Shown here: piece by piece, positions 1-14,413 of the stretch
Position numbering within the stretch: the first letter of the stretch is position 1
How the letters are laid out: each line of letters opens with the position of its first letter
Notes under the pieces: model-generated
Seen by the model: the letters and a program-made list of their open reading frames with translations, nothing else
Told to the model about the DNA's origin: nothing
Databases searched by the model: none
Made by a program: the position numbers and the translations under genes
NCBI RefSeq assembly: GCF_006345805.1
Contig: NC_043003.1
Location: forward strand, 41,354,001-41,418,000
Origin: Octopus sinensis
Lineage: Eukaryota
DNA length: 64,000 nt
Direction of reading: 5' to 3'

Positions 1-93
1 TGGCGAGCCCTGTGGTTTAATTCGTGCAAAATTAAGCACATTTTAAAAACATACATTTAGTTTTTATCGTAAATGCATTTCCAAATCTCTCTA

Positions 94-148
<55 letters not shown>

Positions 149-1960
149 AGATATATCTGTCTGTCCGTCTGTCTCCTCTCACTTACTCTCTCCCCCTCAC
201 TCTCTGTATATAAAGATAACAGATAAAAGTTATTATATTATATGTGCAAGGACCTCAGTATATTAATCTTTTAAGATAGCACGAGGATGTTTAACTCCAA
301 TTTTTTCATATGGTGAAATACTTGAAATCTTAGAATGCTTATCTTGATATCTTACAGTCTTTCGTTTATAACGCTTTAAATACTGATTCGAAATTGAGTG
401 GATCTCATGTAGCCTTTCATTCATATAATCCTATTAGAGAAGCGATGTACTGAATCTGTTGCAATATGATTATATTCCTCTTTATTTTAAATAATTTCAT
501 CACTAAGGAGAAGCAATTTATTATTTCCTATAACCGTTTTCGATTGAGCACATAATATTTTTCTTGAAATTGAGATAGTTGCTTCATTAGTAAAAATCTT
601 ATTTTTATATTCTGAGTCAACATCTTCAAAAATCTAATATTTTCTCAGCATCAGTGTTCGTTAATGATAGCTTTCATTATTATTAAATCCATTTTCAAGT
701 AGAGGACTAAAGCTCATTTGTTTGTAGAAGCCTGGTCCTTGAAATAGTTTCCAATTCAATAATTATTTTGGAAATAGGTTGAAAACAATTCGAATTCAAT
801 CTCTTGGAGAAACTAAGCTTTTCTTAGATCATTGCGGTGCTAATCTATTTTCACTGAATCATCTTTATTACTAATATGTTTGCATTTAATTCAAGAAATA
901 TTTGTTTTACGCTCCCGAAAAGAATCTAATGCAGATATAATTCGCTTGTTCAAGAAAACAAATCGAAAGCGCAGCATCATCGCAAATCCAGAACAACAGA
1001 TTGTCGAAAGAATGAGAATCCCAATATAGTGTAGATCTTCCAAGCTAATGGCACCATTCTTAGATGTTTCAGTTTCGCAGGTATTGCAGTGATGTCAAAA
1101 GTTAATTTATTTTCGAAATGCTGTTAATTATCTACGTTAAAATAATATGCCTTAAATTCTAAAAATATATTTTATCTGAGTTACATGTTGTGGATATCTA
1201 CATTATGCCAACAGATCAATCTAGTTGCTTGATTGACGTGGTAAAAAATATAATCGAATCCTTCTCATATTTGACTCAAAAGAAAAAGGGAAAGAATTGC
1301 TAGATAAATGAAATCCTCTCTTTTAGTCCTTAATAATATGTCTGTTCTTATAGAGTTGGAACTGGACTAAGAAGCCGTAAGTACGTCTTCTTCTTCTTCT
1401 TCTTCTTCTTCTTCTTCTTCTTCTCTTCTTCTTCTTCTTGTCTACCTGTCTGCCTGTCTGTCTGTCTCTCTCTCTCATCCTCCTCTCTCTCTCTCTCTCC
1501 TGTGAATGTTTCCAGATTACGTTGCGATAAGATAAATTTTGGTCGCTGGAGTGGCATGCACGATTGGGTGGGTCACAAGATATCACCTCAACCACCACTA
1601 CTACTACCACCACCAACACCAACACCAACACCATCACTATCAACCACCTCCACGACTATCATCATCATAGTCATCGTCACTGCCATCATTATCATCATCA
1701 TCATCATCGTCGTCGTCGTCGTCCTCGTCGTCGTCATCTTTAAAATTGTCGGCAATTGCATGATCAGAGGTGATCTGTATCGGGACAAAATTATCCTTAC
1801 TTGCGTCGCCATCACAATCACCATGAAACACTTATTTTTGTCTATTCAAGGAAAGACATAAGTATACTTACCTTACCGAGAACACTAATAGTATGAGTAA
1901 AATCATCATCAAATTAAATCTCGGCGACACATTGTAGTGCGTAGTCTTTGATGCTACTTA

Positions 1961-2335
1961 TTACTTGTTTTAGTCATTAGACGAGGGCCATGCTGGAGCA
2001 CTATCTTGAAGAAATTTTCCTTGAATGTATCGAACCTAGTACGTATTTTTTCTTAAGGTTTCGTACTCTTTATGTCGCTGTCTTTTGCTGCACCGCTAAC
2101 ATCCGGGGACGCAAACACACCAACATCGATTGCTGTTCGGGGGAACGAACACAGACACACGCAGATAGATATATACGCATATACGACGGGCTTCTTTCAG
2201 TTTCCGCCTACCAAATCTGCTCACAAGGATTTGTTTGGTTCGAGGCCATAGTAGAAGATACTTGCCCAAGGTGCCACGCAATGGGACTGAACCTGGAAAT
2301 ATGAGGTTGGGAAGCAAGCTTCTTAGCACGCAACC
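1961..2335 (-). mobile_element. SINE family B (tRNA/CORE-like head, internal CA/TA microsatellite, LINE-like 3' tail), diverged copy
   Basis: Reverse complement matches the copy at 8855-9271: cttgggcaagtatcttc core, gaaagaagcccgtcgtatat, and tail ctccagcatggcc...actaaaacaagtaa. Confidence 0.85.
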
Positions 2336-2550
2336 AAGTCTAAAAAAGAAATAGGATGGATTGTCATGGCTGGAATATCTTTCACCGTAGATTGTTTTTA
2401 AACAACGAAATCGACGTCATCATCCTCATCATCATCATCATCGTAATATGATTATGATGATGATCATCATCTTCATCATCTTTATCCTCTTCATGATCAC
2501 ATACATAACCATTATCATCATCAACACCTCATCATTATGAATATCACGAA

Positions 2551-2771
2551 AAGCAGCAAGCTGGCAGAATCGTTAGCACACTGGATGAAATGCTCAGCAA
2601 TATTTTACCCGTCGCAACGTTCTGAGTTCAAATTCCACCGTGGTCGACTCTGCCTTTCATCCTTTCGCGATCAATAAATTAAGTACTTGTAAAATTCTGG
2701 GGGTTGATGTAATCGACTAATCCCGTCGCCACAAGCCTTTGGGCCTTGTGTGCCTATAATAGAAAGGATTA
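2551..2771 (+). mobile_element. SINE family A (tRNA-like head with Pol III A/B boxes)
   Basis: gctggcagaatcgttagc (A-box-like), ttctgagttcaaattcc (B box), gtcgactctgcctttcatcc body, tail gccttgtgtgcctataatagaaaggattat. More than 15 copies in the window. Confidence 0.9.
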
Positions 2772-2949
2772 TGAATATCGCCACTATGAACGATAGCATG
2801 GTTCTCACTCATTGCTCGTATCGTTCTCTTCATCATGATAATGACAATTATTGTCGTCTTCAGTTTGACAATTGGGGATTTTCATCTCTGTTATCGGCAT
2901 CTTTATCATGATTATCTGTTTCGTCAGCGTTGCCGTTTGGATAAATGCT

Positions 2950-3254
2950 ATCATGGTCATGAATAACAATATCATCATCATCATCTTCATCATCATCATT
3001 ATCGTCATCATCATCATTATCATTATCGTCATCATCATCTTCATCATCATCATCATCATCATCATCATCGTCACCGTCAGCATCACCGTTATCATCATCA
3101 TCATCATCATCATCATCATATCATCATCGTCACCGTCAGCATCACCGTTATCATCATCATCATCGTCATCATCGTTATCGTCATCGTCACCGTCACCGTT
3201 ATTATCACCATCGTCATCGTCATTGTCACAGTCGCCGTCACCACCACCACCACC

Positions 3255-3290
<36 letters not shown>

Positions 3291-3394
3291 GTCATCATCA
3301 TCATATCATCAAAATCACCATCAACGTCACCGTTATCATTATCATCATCATCATCATCATCATCGACATCGTCATCGTCACCGTCACCACCACC

Positions 3395-3425
<31 letters not shown>

Positions 3426-3740
3426 GAATATTATACGGTTAAAGTTTCACACTATCCCCATCATCATCATAGACTTCGTCGTGATCATCATCTCCAGTGT
3501 CACGATCATGATCATCATCATCATTATCGTCATCGTTATCAAAATGTTCTACTTTACAAATTTTCACACTACCTCCACCTCATCTTTGTTTTCAAAGCCA
3601 TCATCATCGTCATTACGATCATCACCAAAACATGGTCTTGCTTTCACCTCATCGCCGTCAGTATCATCAATGCCATCCCTGCAGTAAATTATTTTGCTTT
3701 CTCAACCCCATCATGATCATCAGCGCATCGTAGTCATCAC
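2950..3740. repeat. Compound (CAT)n/(CGT)n/(CAC)n trinucleotide microsatellite field
   Basis: Direct reading. It produces the poly-I/S/H/M pseudo-ORFs in the track. Confidence 0.95.
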
Positions 3741-4113
3741 CATCACTACTATTAACATATTCATTCATTCATTGTACTTTTTCAGTTGTATCAATCGTCG
3801 ACATTATCTTCCTTTTCAACGTGTATTTGACGAGTATCGATTATATTTGAGCTTCATCATCTTTTAATACGTTTGGTCCTATAATCAGTTAAGCCGATAG
3901 TATCACAGGTCACTGACCAATTTATAGATTGATGTGATTGTGAAATGGAAACTAGAATTGAGTACAGAAGTTGTCAATTTAAAGTACTAGTCATATACTG
4001 CAGTATATTTAATGAACAAATTCACTCTCCCACACTGCAGACTAATAACTAATTAATAATTCCTATGAAATTTTAAGTCTTTAATGATATTTTACACACA
4101 CACACACATACAC

Positions 4114-4171
<58 letters not shown>

Positions 4172-4675
4172 GTATGAGCAAAGAGCTTTGAATGTCGGAC
4201 ACAATGTGATTTTCTATGTTCGACCAGATTCAACTTTGCATTTCATTCCTTTGAAATCAATAACACTGTGTCTGGGTGTGTATTGGCCTAAATGCCAGAA
4301 GGATTATTATTTGCTGTACTGAGTAGCGCATGAGAACCCAACATAACCTACCTGAGTTGTAATCTGAATATGTTACCTGGCTTAATAGTATCACCTGGTC
4401 CTTCATGACTGTAACAAATTCGAACTTTTGCAGGTACACGGATCAGAAGAAGTCATATAAGAAAAGTGGTTAGAGCATCGTATTTAATGTTATTTACTAT
4501 ATTATAATGGCTATGTTGAGCAGGTTCAATATTGCTGTTTATTCCTTCGAAGATCAATAACATTGTACCTGTAGGTGTATTGATCTAAGGTCTAGAAGAA
4601 TTCTTTGCTGTATTTAGTGGCGCATGGGAACACAGGTCCTATCATACCCTACATAGGTTGTAACGCGAATATATT

Positions 4676-4897
4676 TATTTCTTTATTGCGCACAGGGGGC
4701 TAAACAAAGAGAGGACAGACAAAGGGATTAAGTCGATAACAACGACCCCAGTGCGTAACTGGTACTTATTTAATCGACCCAGAAAGGATGAAAGGCAAAA
4801 TCGACCTCGGCGGAATTTGAACTCAGAATGTAAAAGCAGACAAAATAGCGCAAAGGATTTCGCCCGGCGAGCTAACGTTTCTGCCAGGTCGTCGCCT
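4676..4897 (-). mobile_element. SINE family A with 18-bp target-site duplication
   Basis: Full head and body on the minus strand, flanked by ttgtaacgcgaatatatt (4658-4675) and ttgtaacccgaatatatt (4898-4915). Confidence 0.92.
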
Positions 4898-5234
4898 TTG
4901 TAACCCGAATATATTACCTGGTTTAATAGTAACACCTGGCCCTTCGTGATGTTAACAGATTCCGATTTGTGGATACTAACGATTCTGCCATTCAAAACGT
5001 TGAATGCTGGGTGTGATTTACAAGATATTTGGCTGCTCTTTTTTCTTTTTTTTTTCTTTTTTGCAAATCGCAAGATCAAGCAAATGACGTTGTTTAATCT
5101 GTAATGCGCAGGAAACACAATGAACATTTTTCTTACTTAATTTAAAATCTTATTGATAACCTATTGAAAACGATAAAGTTATAATTCTCGTTATTTGAAA
5201 AGCAAAGCATTTCTATTTTCAGTACTTGAGTAAG

Positions 5235-5965
5235 GCATGGCTGTGAGTTAAGAAGCTTGCTTCCCAACCGCATGGTTCTGGGTTCAGTATCATAGGTGGT
5301 AAATTGGGTAGGTGTTTTTATTAAAGCCTCGAGCCGAGCAAAGCCTTCGGAGAAACTGAAAAGAAGCTTGTTGAATATATATATATATAATCAAATATTA
5401 GGGAATAAATCCAAACTTACAGGGAAAAATCAGATTTAGGATTGAATCCAATTTTATAGTAAAATATTATATTATATTAAATTAGAGATAAAACCACTAT
5501 TAGGCAAATCAAACAATGAAAAACTTAAGCCAATACATAAAATTAATTAATTAATATTATTTAAATATATAGAAACGATCGTAGTGTTTTACTCATTATC
5601 TTTTATTAAACTTTTAATACTTTTGATATATATTTAAATAATATAAATTAATTAATTTTATGTATTGGCTTAAGTTTGATTTGCCTAATAGTGGTTTTAT
5701 CTCTAATTTAATATGTGTGTGTGTGTGTGTGTGTGTCTATGTGTGTGTGTGTGTGTTTATTTCTGTGTTTGACCCCATAGTGCCGTAAGACCAAGCGGTG
5801 TTGTGTTTACAACGCATAACCTAGCGGTTTGCCGAACGGGACCATTACAATTAATAACAGGCTTAAAAAAAAATAAGTGCTGGGGTCGATTGATTCGACG
5901 AAAAATTCTTGAAGCCGGTGCCCAACATGACCGCAGGATAGGACTGGAAAAATATAAAACAAAAG
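5235..5965 (+). mobile_element. SINE family B, diverged, interrupted in its internal microsatellite by a fold-back insert
   Basis: Head ggcatggctgtgagttaagaagcttgc...ggttctgggttcag at about 5235-5385. Tail (aataagtgctggggtcgat...gccggtgcccaacatgaccgcag) at about 5715-5965. Confidence 0.8.
5474..5714. repeat. Long inverted repeat (fold-back) with about 88-98-bp arms and a 55-nt loop
   Basis: 5474-5571 is the reverse complement of 5627-5714 apart from one 10-nt indel and one mismatch. Confidence 0.93.
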
Positions 5966-6522
5966 ATAAAAGATATTTATATGATCATAAATATAAAATG
6001 TAAGGCTAATACTTAAACAATAAACACTAAAAACTCATTTCATACACCTCATACAATCTACTTTGAATGAAATATTCATGTGCAACAATAGTAACATTAA
6101 CAAATATATAGGGAACATTATTCCACGTGTTAAAAGCCTGAACAGACGAACCAAAAATATCATTATCGAGAGCGACCTAAGCGGTCAGTAATGAAACGAA
6201 AAACAACAAATCATTAACTGAATACTAATAATATATATATATTCTTGCGCTGTTAAAAGACAGCTGATAAACGGTGAATCTGGTTGGTTCTGGTTCTGGT
6301 TCTGGTATGATCTGCATAGTGCTAAAAATTCGTGGCTGTTACTGCACTCGTTAATTCTTCATGGTGATATAGTAACGGCCAGAAAACTGTCATTGCTTAT
6401 AAAACTGAAAATAATTCGAATGCAATACATGTATAGATACATACACAAGTCTATACATACATACCTACATAATGCATACATACATAATACATACATACAT
6501 ACATACATACATACATACATAA

Positions 6523-6558
<36 letters not shown>

Positions 6559-6878
6559 TGTATATATATATATATATATAACGTATATATGTATATATAT
6601 GTGTGTGTGTTTATATATATATAGAGAGAGAGACAGAGAGGTAGGTGGATAGATATAGAATTGTGTGTGTATGCAAACATATATATATATATATATATGA
6701 ATATATAAATATATATGTAGACTTATATATATATATACGCATATATATATGGATATATACACACACACACCATATATAAATACATACATACATACATACA
6801 TACATATCTACGTTTATGTATATGTCTATATGTATGTATTTATGTATGTGTGTGTGTATAAATATCTATATAAATAAA

Positions 6879-6920
<42 letters not shown>

Positions 6921-7211
6921 AATACAGAACGCATAATTTATATTTATATTTATGCAAATTTGAAATCTGGCTTGCTACAGCCGATGGGGAGATTATTTAC
7001 AATTTATAACATGGCCAATAAGATTTATGAATAAATATAAACCAGAATTGGCGGAATTAGATCAGCTAAGCAAATAATGAAGAAAGCGAAAAGCGTAGAA
7101 AAGAAAAGAAAAAAAAGCTTTTACGAACGTGAAGTGTTGAAGATTATAACCAAGCTTCCGGCAACTTACGCACATGTATTCCTACATATATATATTATTA
7201 TATATATATAC

Positions 7212-7304
<93 letters not shown>

Positions 7305-7845
7305 TACATACAATACATACATAGACACACACATACGCACATGTGTATATATATATATGAATAGGGCGTGTAGGTTTACTTATGTGTATATGTATGAATG
7401 TATGTGTGCATGTGTACAGTAGTTTTTCTTCAAGAAAATATTGATGATGATGATATATATCATTATCGTGATTATCATCGTAATCACCATCCTCATCACA
7501 AACACCAATACAACCACCACTACCAAGATGATGCCATGATGATCAAGGTCAGTGAATTCATGATGTCTGAAATGATGATGCTTGCAGCAGTACTAGCAAT
7601 GATTAACGAAATAGTTAACGATATAATGCGAATCAAATGGGTATTGTGTGTATCCCTAAGTCTATGTAAAGTTGTATGTATGTATCACTCTGTCAGTCTC
7701 CTCCCTCTCTCCCTCTCTCTCTCTATCTCTCTCTCTCTATCTATCTATCTATCTCTCTATCTCTCTATCTATCTATCTCTATCTATCTATCGATCTATAG
7801 ATCTATCTATCTATCTATCTATCTGTCTGTCTGTCTATATCTATC

Positions 7846-7881
<36 letters not shown>

Positions 7882-7910
7882 GTCTGTCTGCCTGTCTGTT
7901 TGTCTGCCTG

Positions 7911-8453
<543 letters not shown>

Positions 8454-8595
8454 ATGGATGTATGAATACGTGCAGATTTGTATGTTTTGTTTTATGCATG
8501 ACTTCTCATGCATATACTTGCATATGAGATCATGATCACGATGTATGTAGGAACGTATGTTTATATGTATATATCTAGTGTGCATATGTGCACAT

Positions 8596-8810
8596 TCTTT
8601 TATTCTTTTATTTGTTTCATTTCTTTCACTGCGGCTATGCAGGAGCACCGCCTTTAGTCGAACAAATCGACACCAGGACTTATGCTTTGCAAGCACTTAC
8701 TATATCAACCTCTTTTGCTGAAACGCTAGTTTATGGGGACGTAAATACACCAGCATCGGGTGTCAAGCGATGGGGGGGGGGGGGCAAAAACATACACAAA
8801 TACACACACT

Positions 8811-8847
<37 letters not shown>

Positions 8848-9017
8848 GTATATAGGCGCAGGAGTGGCTGTGTGGTACGTAGCTTGCTAACCAACCACAT
8901 GGTTCCGGGTTCAGTCCCACTGCGTGGCATCTTGGGCAAGTGTCTTCTGCTATAGCCCCGGGCCGACCAATGCCTTGTGAGTGGATTTGGTAGACGTAAA
9001 CTGAAAGAAGCCTGTCG

Positions 9018-9092
<75 letters not shown>

Positions 9093-9458
9093 TTGTGTGT
9101 CTCTGTTGTTTCCCCTAGCATTGCTTGACAATCGATGCTGGTGTGTTTACGTTCTCGTCACTTAGCGGTTCGGCCAAAGAGACCGATAGAAATAGGTCCC
9201 GGTGTCGATTTGCTCGACTAAAGGCGGTGCTCCAGCATGGCTGCAGCCAAATGACTGAAACAAGTAAAAGAAAAAAAAAATAATATATATATATAGACGA
9301 CGGGCTTCTTTCAGCTTCCGTTTACCAAATCCACTCACAAGTTTTAATCGTCCCGAGGTTATAGTTTAAGACACTCACCCAAGGTGCCACGCAGTGGGAC
9401 TCAACCCGGAACCATGTGTTTGGTAAGCAAGTTGCTTACCACACAGCCACTCCTGCGC

Positions 9459-9459
<1 letters not shown>
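8596..9459 (-). mobile_element. SINE family B (outer, minus strand) split by a nested plus-strand copy
   Basis: Tail on the minus strand at about 8596-8790 and head on the minus strand at 9296-9459 (gcgcaggagtggctgtgtggtaagc when reverse-complemented). Confidence 0.85.
8855..9271 (+). mobile_element. SINE family B, best-preserved copy (CORE-SINE-like)
   Basis: ggcgcaggagtggctgtgtgg (A box), ggttccgggttcagtccc (B box), tggcatcttgggcaagtgtctt (resembles the CORE motif), internal (TA)n(TG)n, tail aaggcggtgctccagcatgg...gactgaaacaagtaaaag. Confidence 0.92.
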
Positions 9460-9534
<75 letters not shown>

Positions 9535-9693
9535 TATATAATATATTATATAAATAAAACGTGCGATCAGACAAGGTTGGAATTCCTTTATAAGATATAT
9601 ATATATATATATGGTGTGGGTGTTTTGTGTGTGTGTGTTCATTTATGTGTGTAATATGCATAATGCCAAGATACATGTATGCGAAAGTGTGTG

Positions 9694-9755
<62 letters not shown>

Positions 9756-10863
9756 CATACATACATAGGCAAACACACACACACCTGCATCCACATGTAC
9801 GTACACCCATGAAGTCACCTATATATTGTATACATATATATGACTGCCTACACATATATTTGTATGTAGGTAAGTATATAGAAACACAATTAAACGTATA
9901 TAAATAACAGAAAAAGCTAAGATGTATATTAGGAGCAGTGGGCATATCGTCCCGTTTGTTTCCAATGTGGCCATTATGCATTACTGCGTGTGTGTGGGAG
10001 TGTCTGTTTGTGTGTGTACACATTTGTGCATCTCTAAGCCCGTGTATTTATGTACACGTGTATATGTATAAGTGTGTATAAGTGTGTGTGTGTGTTTCTG
10101 TGTGTGTAGGAGTGTGTTTATTTTCGTATTAATGTGGTTTGGATGTGTGTAAGAAAGATTAAGTTTAATTTGAGGAAATGAAATATTGAAACAATTGGCA
10201 AGAAGCAGACACGAGAAAATTGAGAAATCTGAGACAGATATTGTTTATGTATGTACGTGCGAGTTTGTTTAATTGCGGTAAGAGAAAGAGAGAGCGACCG
10301 AATGAATGAGTGACAGAGAGAGAGAAAGAGAGAAAGAGAGAGGAACAGTGAGTGAGAGACAGAGAGAAGAAGAGGGAGAGAGAATTACAGTGAGAGGTGG
10401 ACAGAGAATGATTAATATTGTAGAAACAATACAAGATAGTGAGATTGGGATGCGATGCCTTCGTTGTGAATAAGAATACGGAGACTAAAGAAGAAATAGT
10501 GAAGAGTAGGGCGATAGAGAGATTCTGCGATGATGAGATTGAAAATTATATTTAGGGATATATATATATATACACACACACACAGAGTCACGCACGCACA
10601 CAAAGGCACACAAAACACCCACAACACACACACAATATGTATATATGTACGTACGTATGTATGTATGTATATTATAATATATATATATATAATATATATA
10701 TATATTATATACATGCATACATTATATATATGCAAATCTGTGTAAGGATGTATTTATATATTTGCTCGATCGCACTCACATTTTAAGAGAGCGTAGATGG
10801 CAGACAAAAATAAGGGATTATTAAAATAAGTGGGAAGGGTAATGGGTTGAGAGGAAAGGGAAG

Positions 10864-10897
<34 letters not shown>

Positions 10898-10916
10898 CTA
10901 TATATATATATATATC

Positions 10917-10975
<59 letters not shown>

Positions 10976-11255
10976 AAGAGAGAGTGTGTGATGAAGGAGG
11001 AGAGTAATAGCTGTATATAACGAGAACATTGAAGGGAAAATTGTAAATGTTGAGCGAGTGGCGAAGAGGGGGGTTGAATGAGGAGGAAATGAAAAGAGAA
11101 CTGTAGAAGAATGTTAGGACAAACGGGTGGAAAGTGAAAGTTAAAACTGGAATGAGATGTAGAATGAAGACTGAAAATCAGTATGGGGTTTGGTATCATT
11201 AAAGTATTTACCAAGAATAGATATCAATAAATCAAATATGTGCTTGAATGTGTGT

Positions 11256-11297
<42 letters not shown>

Positions 11298-11304
11298 TGC
11301 CAAT

Positions 11305-11400
11305 CGAGAGCTAGAATGGTTGCATACATATAGGGAAACAAATACAGGCTTAAACACAAATGTCCAAGACGAAATGTGCTAAGTCATACACATATGTACA
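11305..11400 (+). repeat. 96-bp near-identical direct duplicate, copy 1
   Basis: cgagagctagaatggttgc...catatgtaca differs from 13952-14047 at one position. Both copies follow a (TG)n tract. Confidence 0.93.
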
Positions 11401-11519
11401 CTTAAATGTATGCATGTATACATATATATACATATGTATAAATTTGCGTTTGTTTGTATCAGTATGTCTGAGATGAACATATATACGATACACATGCATA
11501 CAGGCATCGATGATTTTTC

Positions 11520-11657
<138 letters not shown>

Positions 11658-11838
11658 CGGCATATATGTGTATGCATATATGTATTTCTTTTAGTTTGCG
11701 CGTGCGCTTGTTTGCGTCAGGAAAAATAGATGGTATTTAGATAATGTGGTTGTTATAGTGAGAGAAATTAAGCGAAAGCAAATGCTAAAAACGATCTGAG
11801 ATTGAATATTCTGTTCTCGAATGAATCCCGTAGAACGG

Positions 11839-11887
<49 letters not shown>

Positions 11888-11895
11888 AACTACTG

Positions 11896-11949
<54 letters not shown>

Positions 11950-12039
11950 ATACTAATAATAATAATAATGATAATAATAACAATAATAATGATAATAATT
12001 TCAAAGGGCTGCAATTTCGGGTGAGGTTTTAAGTTCATT

Positions 12040-12180
12040 ATATTAACCCCAGTGCTTAACAGGCACTTATTTTATCAACCCGAAAGGAAGAAAGGCAAAC
12101 TCGATTTCCGGAGAATGTGAACTCAGTATGTGAAGAAGGACGAAATACCGCTGAGCATTTTATCCTGCGTGGTAATGTAT
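12040..12180 (-). mobile_element. SINE family A fragment
   Basis: Reverse complement of cacttattttatcaacccgaaaggaagaaaggcaaactcgat...tgtgaactcag...aataccgctgagcattt. Confidence 0.75.
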
Positions 12181-12701
12181 CTTCCTTATATAAACCTTAT
12201 CGCCCTGGTCAAATAATCTAAAACAGTTTGCGCAACGAAAGACAAATTCATGACGGAATTCTGACGCAAGACTAGACAGAAAGGAAGTGCACTCGTCGCT
12301 GATTTTAAATCTTTGTGCTACGGCCAGAAATAGAAAGTTTTAAGACTATGAGATCAATGCCTCGATAAAAGCAATTACATAACTATGACAATAATAGAAA
12401 ACATTTTTTTATATAAAATGGAGACTACTTATTTTCGGATACTCATTGATGCTCTGTGATTGCAGACTGCAAGTATCTTGAATGGCACTATAGAATCGGT
12501 AGGTATAAGTACTGAACAATATATGATCACTTTGAAGTGGAAAGAGATTTGATAAAAGTGGTGTAGATATGTAGGAAAGACGGTAGCTAACAATGGCCTG
12601 GGCAGAATTATCTGGGACATGCTTGTGCAAACGGAGAACGAGATCAAAGCACACAGATCCTTCTAATCATAGACTATAACTCATGTATCTATCTATCTAT
12701 C

Positions 12702-12749
<48 letters not shown>

Positions 12750-12768
12750 GCTATCTATCCATCTATCC

Positions 12769-12811
<43 letters not shown>

Positions 12812-12812
12812 C

Positions 12813-12854
<42 letters not shown>

Positions 12855-12868
12855 ATCTATCATATTTG

Positions 12869-12911
<43 letters not shown>

Positions 12912-13066
12912 GTCTCTATCTATCTATCTTCTATCTATCATCTATCTATCTATTTGTCTGTCTGTCTGTTTGTCTGTTTGTCTGTTTGTCTGTTTGTCTG
13001 CCTGCCTGACTATCGATAAATTTATCTATCTATCTATCACGATATCTCTCCCTCTCTCTCCCTCTT

Positions 13067-13116
<50 letters not shown>

Positions 13117-13868
13117 CACAAGAACACCCTTATAAACTCACACACACGCGCACGCGCGCAAAATTTCACATACACGCATACAAAATTTAACAAACACATT
13201 TCACTCACACATACACAACATTTCGCTCACACATACACAACCATACACAATTACGTGTGAGTGTTCACTGAAAAATATCTCGATTCTTTTTGAACAATCA
13301 TTTTATGACATGAAGTACTTAAAGTAGCTAAACACAAGAACAATAGAAGGTCCTTGACGCTGAGAAAAAAAGGAAATGAGAACACACACATACATACACA
13401 TATAATAAATAAATATATATACTAAACTGAAACAAAAACAAAAGTCAAAACAAGATCTAGCGAATGGAAGTTGAAAAAATGTACAACTGGCAATTTGGAC
13501 TATCTTTTTAAGAAATTCGCAAATCCATAGAAACTATCGTGAAAGTCACTATATAGCATAGAGTCTAAATAAATAAATGAATAAATAAATACATGAATAT
13601 ATAAAATGATTTGTCAGGTAAAGCATATATCCTGAGCTAACACTGTCAACTTAATGGCACAATTCAAATAGTGCATTATGTGCACGCAACATATATATTT
13701 TCAATAACCAGCATATCTGAACTCAGAGAAGACATATTCTGCCGACACAACTTATACATCGCATATAACCAGTCAATAACATTACTATAACCAGCCAATA
13801 ACATTACACATCTCGTTCAACACATACTAAATCCTTGTGGAATCGATTCCCATATCACACACCTCACT

Positions 13869-13931
<63 letters not shown>

Positions 13932-13951
13932 CTGTGTGTGTGAGTGCCGGC

Positions 13952-14047
13952 CGAGAGCTAGAATGGTTGCATACATATAGGGAAACAAATACAGGCTTAA
14001 ACACAAATGTCCAAGACGAAATGTGCAAAGTCATACACATATGTACA
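13952..14047 (+). repeat. 96-bp near-identical direct duplicate, copy 2
   Basis: Matches 11305-11400 (atgtgcaaag vs atgtgctaag is the only difference). Confidence 0.93.
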
Positions 14048-14342
14048 GCAGAAAACTATGAATGCTACGCCAAACAAGCACAGCGTATAATATACCCTCA
14101 AACTTAAAGTCAGAACATAACATGGATCTCTTAGCACACACTACTCAATGAGAAATTAGTATAATATATATTGTAAATACTCCTCACAACAGTGAAAGAA
14201 CTGAAATAACACCTGATGCAACGAGACAAAATCCCGCACAAAGTCAAACTAATATAGTAGCCAAATACAATTAAATTTTCGCCTCAGACAGTTCTCCAGA
14301 CATCACAGAAATACGTCCTAACAGCAACAACACCAACGGCAT

Positions 14343-14413
<71 letters not shown>

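Noticed and set aside
880-1090. Minus-strand peptide NGAISLEDLHYIGILILSTICCSGFAMML..., reminiscent of an ionotropic-receptor M4 helix
   Set aside because: In-frame stop just upstream, no convincing acceptor and no linked exons; resemblance by eye only. BLASTX or RNA-seq would decide.
1526-1850. Plus-strand bits FGRWSGM and MIRGDLYRDKIILTCVAITIT, loosely like iGluR S1 motifs
   Set aside because: Embedded in trinucleotide repeats, on the opposite strand to the other candidate, and similarity is weak.
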